Below the pieces are notes generated by a model that worked only from the letters and a program-made list of their open reading frames with translations, did no database searches and had not been told where the DNA came from. The translations under genes and the position numbers were made by a program. A stretch of 37,118 nucleotides of DNA from Nemertoderma westbladi (taxonomy: Eukaryota; Animalia; Xenacoelomorpha), in the NCBI GenBank assembly GCA_032718475.1, contig JAUCBJ010001540.1, positions 1 through 37,118 on the forward strand, written 5' to 3'. This document shows positions 32,631 through 37,118 of the stretch, piece by piece; within the stretch, counting starts at the first letter, position 1; each line of letters opens with the position of its first letter.

Positions 32631-33429
32631 GACCCTGTCGCGTGTCCGTTCCACCCCTCACGAACCCCGAAGGGAACGATCATCGAGAACCAGCCCGGCT
32701 TGGCTAAGGGTCGGTCCAGTCGGTAGACTCTGTCGCGTATCCGTACCACCCCTCTCGAACCCCGAGGGGTTCGGTCATTGAGAACCAGTACGGCTTGGCT
32801 AGGAGTCTGTCGTGTCGGTGGACCCGTTCGCGTGTCCGTTCCACCCCTCACGAACCCCGAAGGGTTCGATCATCGAGAACCAGAACGGCTTGGCTAGGGG
32901 TCCGTCAGTTCATCACAGAAACCCAACCACCTAGGCTTTCCGAGTCCGTTTCAGGCTCGTAGTCGCTTCGGCAGCCGAGAAACTGCTCCGAACAGTCGGT
33001 AGGCCAGTAGAGTCTAGTCGAGTCTAGTCCTTTGTCTTTCGACCCCATCGCGTGTCCGTTCCACCCCTCACGAACCCCGAAGGGAGCGATCATCGAGAAC
33101 CAGAACGGCTTGGCTAAGGGGTCTGTCGTCGGTTCCCGTCGCAAATCCCAGTCAAGCAGTCAGCGTTCCGAGTTCTTTTCAGGCTCGTAGTAGCTGCAGT
33201 TGACCCGAGACCGCTAAGGGCAGTCCTTGTCAAACCAGTCCTGTGGCCAGCCCTTTCGCATGTCCGTCCCACCCCTCACGAACCCCGAGGGGATCGGTCA
33301 TCGAGAACCAGTACGGCTTAGGTCAGGGGGCAGTCTTAAGTTGGCCACCTGTTCGCGTGTCCGCTCCACCCCTCACAAACCCCGGGGTTCGATCATCGAG
33401 AACCAGAACGGCTTGGCTACTAAGGGGCC
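32631..33429 (-). ncRNA. Array of six ~83-nt candidate structured-RNA units (kink-turn hairpin with UUCG/CUCG loop); function unknown
   Basis: Units at 32631-32712, 32725-32808, 32820-32903, 33041-33123, 33250-33331 and 33343-33429. Unit 2 carries compensatory substitutions; G-U pairs and the YNMG loop favour the minus strand. The repeat is certain; expression as RNA is inferred. Confidence 0.55.
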
Positions 33430-33567
33430 GTCGGTGCCCGTCGCAAATCCCTGACACAAGCAGTCAGCGTTCCGAGTTCTTTTCAGTCTCGTAGTAGCTG
33501 CCGTTGGCCAGGGACCGCTAAGGGCAGTCCTTGTCCTTTAGGCCTGGCGCATTACCAAATCCACCCC

Positions 33568-36500
33568 TAGTTAGTTAGTTAGGTAGCGCCTGGAGCGCCG
33601 TTTATTTTCGTATACTATAATACATAAATCATATCTAAATCGTATTGCTAATACTAATATTATAACTATAACTATACTAATAATACTAATTCAGCCATAA
33701 ACAATGTTACCAATAAAACCATATAAAACAATGTGTTTCACAGACATTTTTAAATATAATGCAATATAATTAGTCCTAGGTTTCATATAACTTCAATACC
33801 TTAGTTATGTAACTGCACAAATCAAGTAGGTTGTTGTTATATAATAATGCATCAAGGTTATCAAAATTCATATTGGGGTAACTAGAACGCAAAGGTGTAG
33901 ATAGTGGACAACAAATAAGAACATGTTTTTCATCTTGAATAGAAATATTATTACAGACACATACGCGCTCGGGAGAGGGCGTCCGTGTCCAACGTCCAGT
34001 TTCAATTCTGAGTTTGTGACTCATTAAACGGATACGTGTAAAAGCAACTCTTAAGTAATCAGGAATATATGGCTTACTTACACAATATATCGGGTGCACG
34101 GACATACCTTTATTCAAAATAGTTCGATATGTATAAAATTTCGTACATTTATCCGGTTTATTAAAAATACGGCTAGACACTGCATCTAGGCCACTCGATT
34201 TGTCTACATGAGTAAGCAACCTATAACCTGGACTATTAGCAGCCCTGCACAACTCCAACGCCTGTCTGAAGGGGGTGTCAATGTTGTACGTCATCGCTTT
34301 GGAGTAGAACCGCTGCCTGGATCTATGAATCCGATGTATTATGGGGGGGAGACCAACTTCTATCAAACACGGATCAGTTGGTGTCTGATCTCTGACGCCC
34401 AAAAGGGACTTTACCATACGGTGATAATATTTGTCAACTACTTTCACGTTGTTTGTGAGCCATCCCTCTGACGCATACAGCAATGACGACATAACACCAG
34501 CTTCAAGCACACGTTTCTTTAAAATAAATGGCATTGAAGAGTTTACAGTACAAAATATTATGAATTTATTCGTTGTTTCTTCAAACTTACGTTCTAATAA
34601 TTTAAACACAGATGACATCTTGCCATCTTCTGTAAATAGGCTCCCTAGATACACATAACTAGTGCAGTGTTCTACAATAATATCGTTACAATGTAAAGGT
34701 AATTTATCGTCCGTTGACCCGTTGACTACAAAAAACTTAGTTTTCTTTTTATTTATTACCATCCCAGATATACTACAAAACTCACACAACGCAAAGCACT
34801 TTTTATTTAAATTCTCACGACTAGTTGCCAAAAGCACCGTATCGTCCATTAGAAGTAGGATATTTATTGCACCAATGAAACCATCGCGATCTATTACATT
34901 TTTTACCATTGTGACTAATCGATTTAAGTAAATACAAAAAAGAATACAACTGGTTGGTGCGCCCTGGCGCACTCCAATAGAAACGAAAATTATTGCTGAT
35001 TTTAATATACTCCTAGTACAACGATATATTGCCTGAATCGCTAGCAACATAACCCTACCACAACCAAGACACTTTAAGTATTGAACCATTGCATCCCTCG
35101 GCACTCGGTCATAAGCTTTGCTAAAATCTACAAAAAGTAGAAAAAGTTTTACTTTCTTGAACAGAGCTAAATCAATCAGCAGCCTCAAAGTTAGAATCTG
35201 CTCGATACAACCTCTGTTCTTTAACCCCCCTGCTTGACATTTATCTATATTACACCACCTAAGAAGTCTAGAGTTCAATAATAAATCATATAATTTACCC
35301 AGTGAATCCATAATTGAAATCCCTCTATAATTGTCGCAAGAAGATCTACTACCTGATTTGAAAAGGACCACCAGTTTACTGATAACCCATGAGCTAGGAT
35401 ATCCTATATTCTGAAAAACAATGTTAAAAATTGATAGCAATAGCAAAAGCCATTGACCCGGTAAAGCGGTGAGTATCCCCAGTCCAATTCCTATATAACC
35501 TTTATTAATTTTAATTTCGCTAAGCGCGTCTGCAAGTTCCCTTTCGGTGAAGGGGTCATCGACCTCTGGTATGTATGGGGAATCCAGAAATTCATCACTA
35601 CCAGTTCGTGCGTTGTCTGTGTTCAACAATTTTTCGAAGTGATGTTTGAACTCGTCATCAGAAGGAAGGGGATTCGACGCGTCGTTTGAGATTACGATAT
35701 CATCAACTAGGTTTCCTTTCCAATCCAATGCCGACCATATCGACTTCGAATTATTCTCGTTGAGAAGTTTTTCCCAACGTGAAGTTTTCGATACTAAGGG
35801 ATCAACCAGTTCATCTGTAGGGCGAAGCCGGACGTGCTCAGTCGCAGTTTCGTTTATTACCGACGACGCCACCGAGATAACCTCATCCAGTTGCTGCAAA
35901 TCACCACACGCGCGAGTCGAGGGGGGGACAATGGTTGACATCGCTGACATGAACGCCGCGCAATCGATGTCTTTATGGGAGGGACCTTTTGAAACCATGT
36001 TTACCGATTTATTTTCCCAGTGTGAACACCCCAAATCTTGACTACGTTGACCCAGGTTTACAATATCGGTTGGGATAGAGTCTAGAGACAGTTGAATCGA
36101 AAGTGGGGCGTGGTCTGAGATGCGAAGTGTCTGGTCAACACGCAGATCTGACACCATGCCGGCGCATCCCTTGGAGGCGATACACAAATCGATTTCAGAA
36201 ATCCAATTTTCTTTTTTCCGATACGAGAGGTTGCCGCGAAGATGTAAACTTCCATAACTCAGGTTATTCATTACACATGAATCTGTCGCCAAACAAATGT
36301 TACGCATCCTCGTACCACTAGAATTAACTACAACATCAGTAACATCTTTATAAGTCGCCTGCACACCATCCAACTCTGTGTTAACTAACTGACCAACTCT
36401 GGCATTAAAGTCTCCCAATGCTATCACTTTCTCTCCCGATCTGAGTATACTGTGTAAGTTTGAGAACGATACTGCATTGAAATATAAGGAATCTGCTGGA

Positions 36501-37118
36501 GCAATGTAACAACCACCGATTATATATCCTGGTAAACATGACATATGTACCCAAATCTGGTCCTCCTTCGTCCTATCAACATCCACAATGACATTAACTA
36601 GATCATTTTTTTTTTTTTTTTTTTTTTTTTTATCAATAATAAGATTCCACCACGGTTAGCAAACTGGGAAGGATTGCTGTAAGTTTTGAACCCTGGTACA
36701 TTAATTCTCGATTTAGTTTTTATCTCCTGTATAAATATTAAGTCAAATTTGTGCAAATATGCAAGAGTGCCAGGTTCTATAAGTTTATCTTTCACTCCAC
36801 AAATATTAAGAGAGCATATAGCGAGAGTCTGTTTCCTCTGTTCAGAGCAGTTCCAGGCGGCGTATCCCTAAAATCGAGAGAAGCCACCACCGCCATCAAA
36901 CTCAAAACTCAAAACCGCCAACATCAAGGAAGTTGGCCAGGGCCTAATAGTACTCAGGCTAACCTGAATACTGCTTGCATTTTCCATCCCCCCTGGCCCT
37001 TATAACTATGAAATTATTCCCGTACCCTGTAAGTTGCCCCAAAGTTCGCCCATAAATCGCCCCCAGTTTATTGAATGTGCCCAAAACCCATGGTCCCGCA
37101 CCCAGTAGTAATATCGGA
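33568..37118 (-). mobile_element. APE-type non-LTR retrotransposon (RTEX/Proto2-like, clade tentative); 5' end probably beyond the window
   Basis: Endonuclease plus RT ORF, AT-rich 3' UTR, AATAAA, a short GCGC stem-loop (33585-33600) and a (TAAC)n tail at 33568-33582. Confidence 0.9.
33776..36825 (-). CDS. LINE ORF2: APE endonuclease, reverse transcriptase and C-terminal Cys/His motif; frameshifted at an A26 run (36606-36631); true start uncertain
   Basis: LAICSLNICGVKDK, IFIQEIK, RGGILLLIK, then GCYIAP, LGDFNARVG, SEIDLC, SDHAPL; NYRGISI, FVDFSKAYDRV, GVRQGAPTS, LLMDDTVL, YVYLGS; SHKLRIETGRW..R.C.C...DEKHVLICCP. Confidence 0.9.

Larger units (their letters stand above)
22608..33567 (+). mobile_element. 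BEL/Pao LTR retrotransposon, defective (gag interrupted, RT/RNase H deleted); no copy of the 5' LTR start seen downstream in the window
   Basis: Starts TGTAAAAGC, like the left copy. Contains a BEL-type gag core, three Zn knuckles, a DSG protease and a DDE integrase. The right limit is set only by the adjacent LINE tail. Confidence 0.85.

Noticed and set aside
32960-33170. Short matches to spliceosomal snRNAs (TCGCTTCGGCAGC like the U6 5' end; UAGCCAA/CGCGA like the U4 5' stem-loop)
   Set aside because: The matches are 13 nt or shorter and not colinear with a full snRNA, and the U6-like one is absent from sister modules; chance is sufficient.
32631-33429. K-turn units as SECIS elements, H/ACA guides, or hammerhead/twister/HDV ribozymes
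   Set aside because: The helix above the GA pairs is only ~7 bp with no apical AA (not SECIS). ACA lies ~20 nt from the pocket and is missing in some units. I found no catalytic-core consensus of the known small ribozymes.

Overview
AT-rich animal (probably invertebrate) genomic DNA; the species cannot be identified from the sequence. It holds one intact host gene, B9D1 (ciliary transition-zone B9/C2 protein; coding exons 9060-9297 and 9815-10200, 207 aa), among repeats. Two related BEL/Pao LTR retrotransposons point away from each other. The left one (<1-4045, minus) interrupts an RTE LINE. The right one (22608 to at least 33567, plus) interrupts a 51-bp satellite, carries a ~1.2-kb structured insert in gag, has lost RT/RNase H, and is followed by an APE-RT LINE on the minus strand. 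Also present: a non-autonomous Harbinger-type element, a tRNA-derived SINE and three tandem arrays. Two observations stand out. (1) Downstream of the integrase are six copies of a ~83-nt element (32631-33429) with compensatory base changes; on the minus strand it folds into a hairpin with a canonical kink-turn and a UUCG/CUCG tetraloop. (2) The 3.6-kb 54-bp array is an amplified 18-codon piece of a fibrinogen-related-domain pseudogene that converges on B9D1. Most long ORFs over the arrays are repeat artefacts. All alignments and folds were done by eye.
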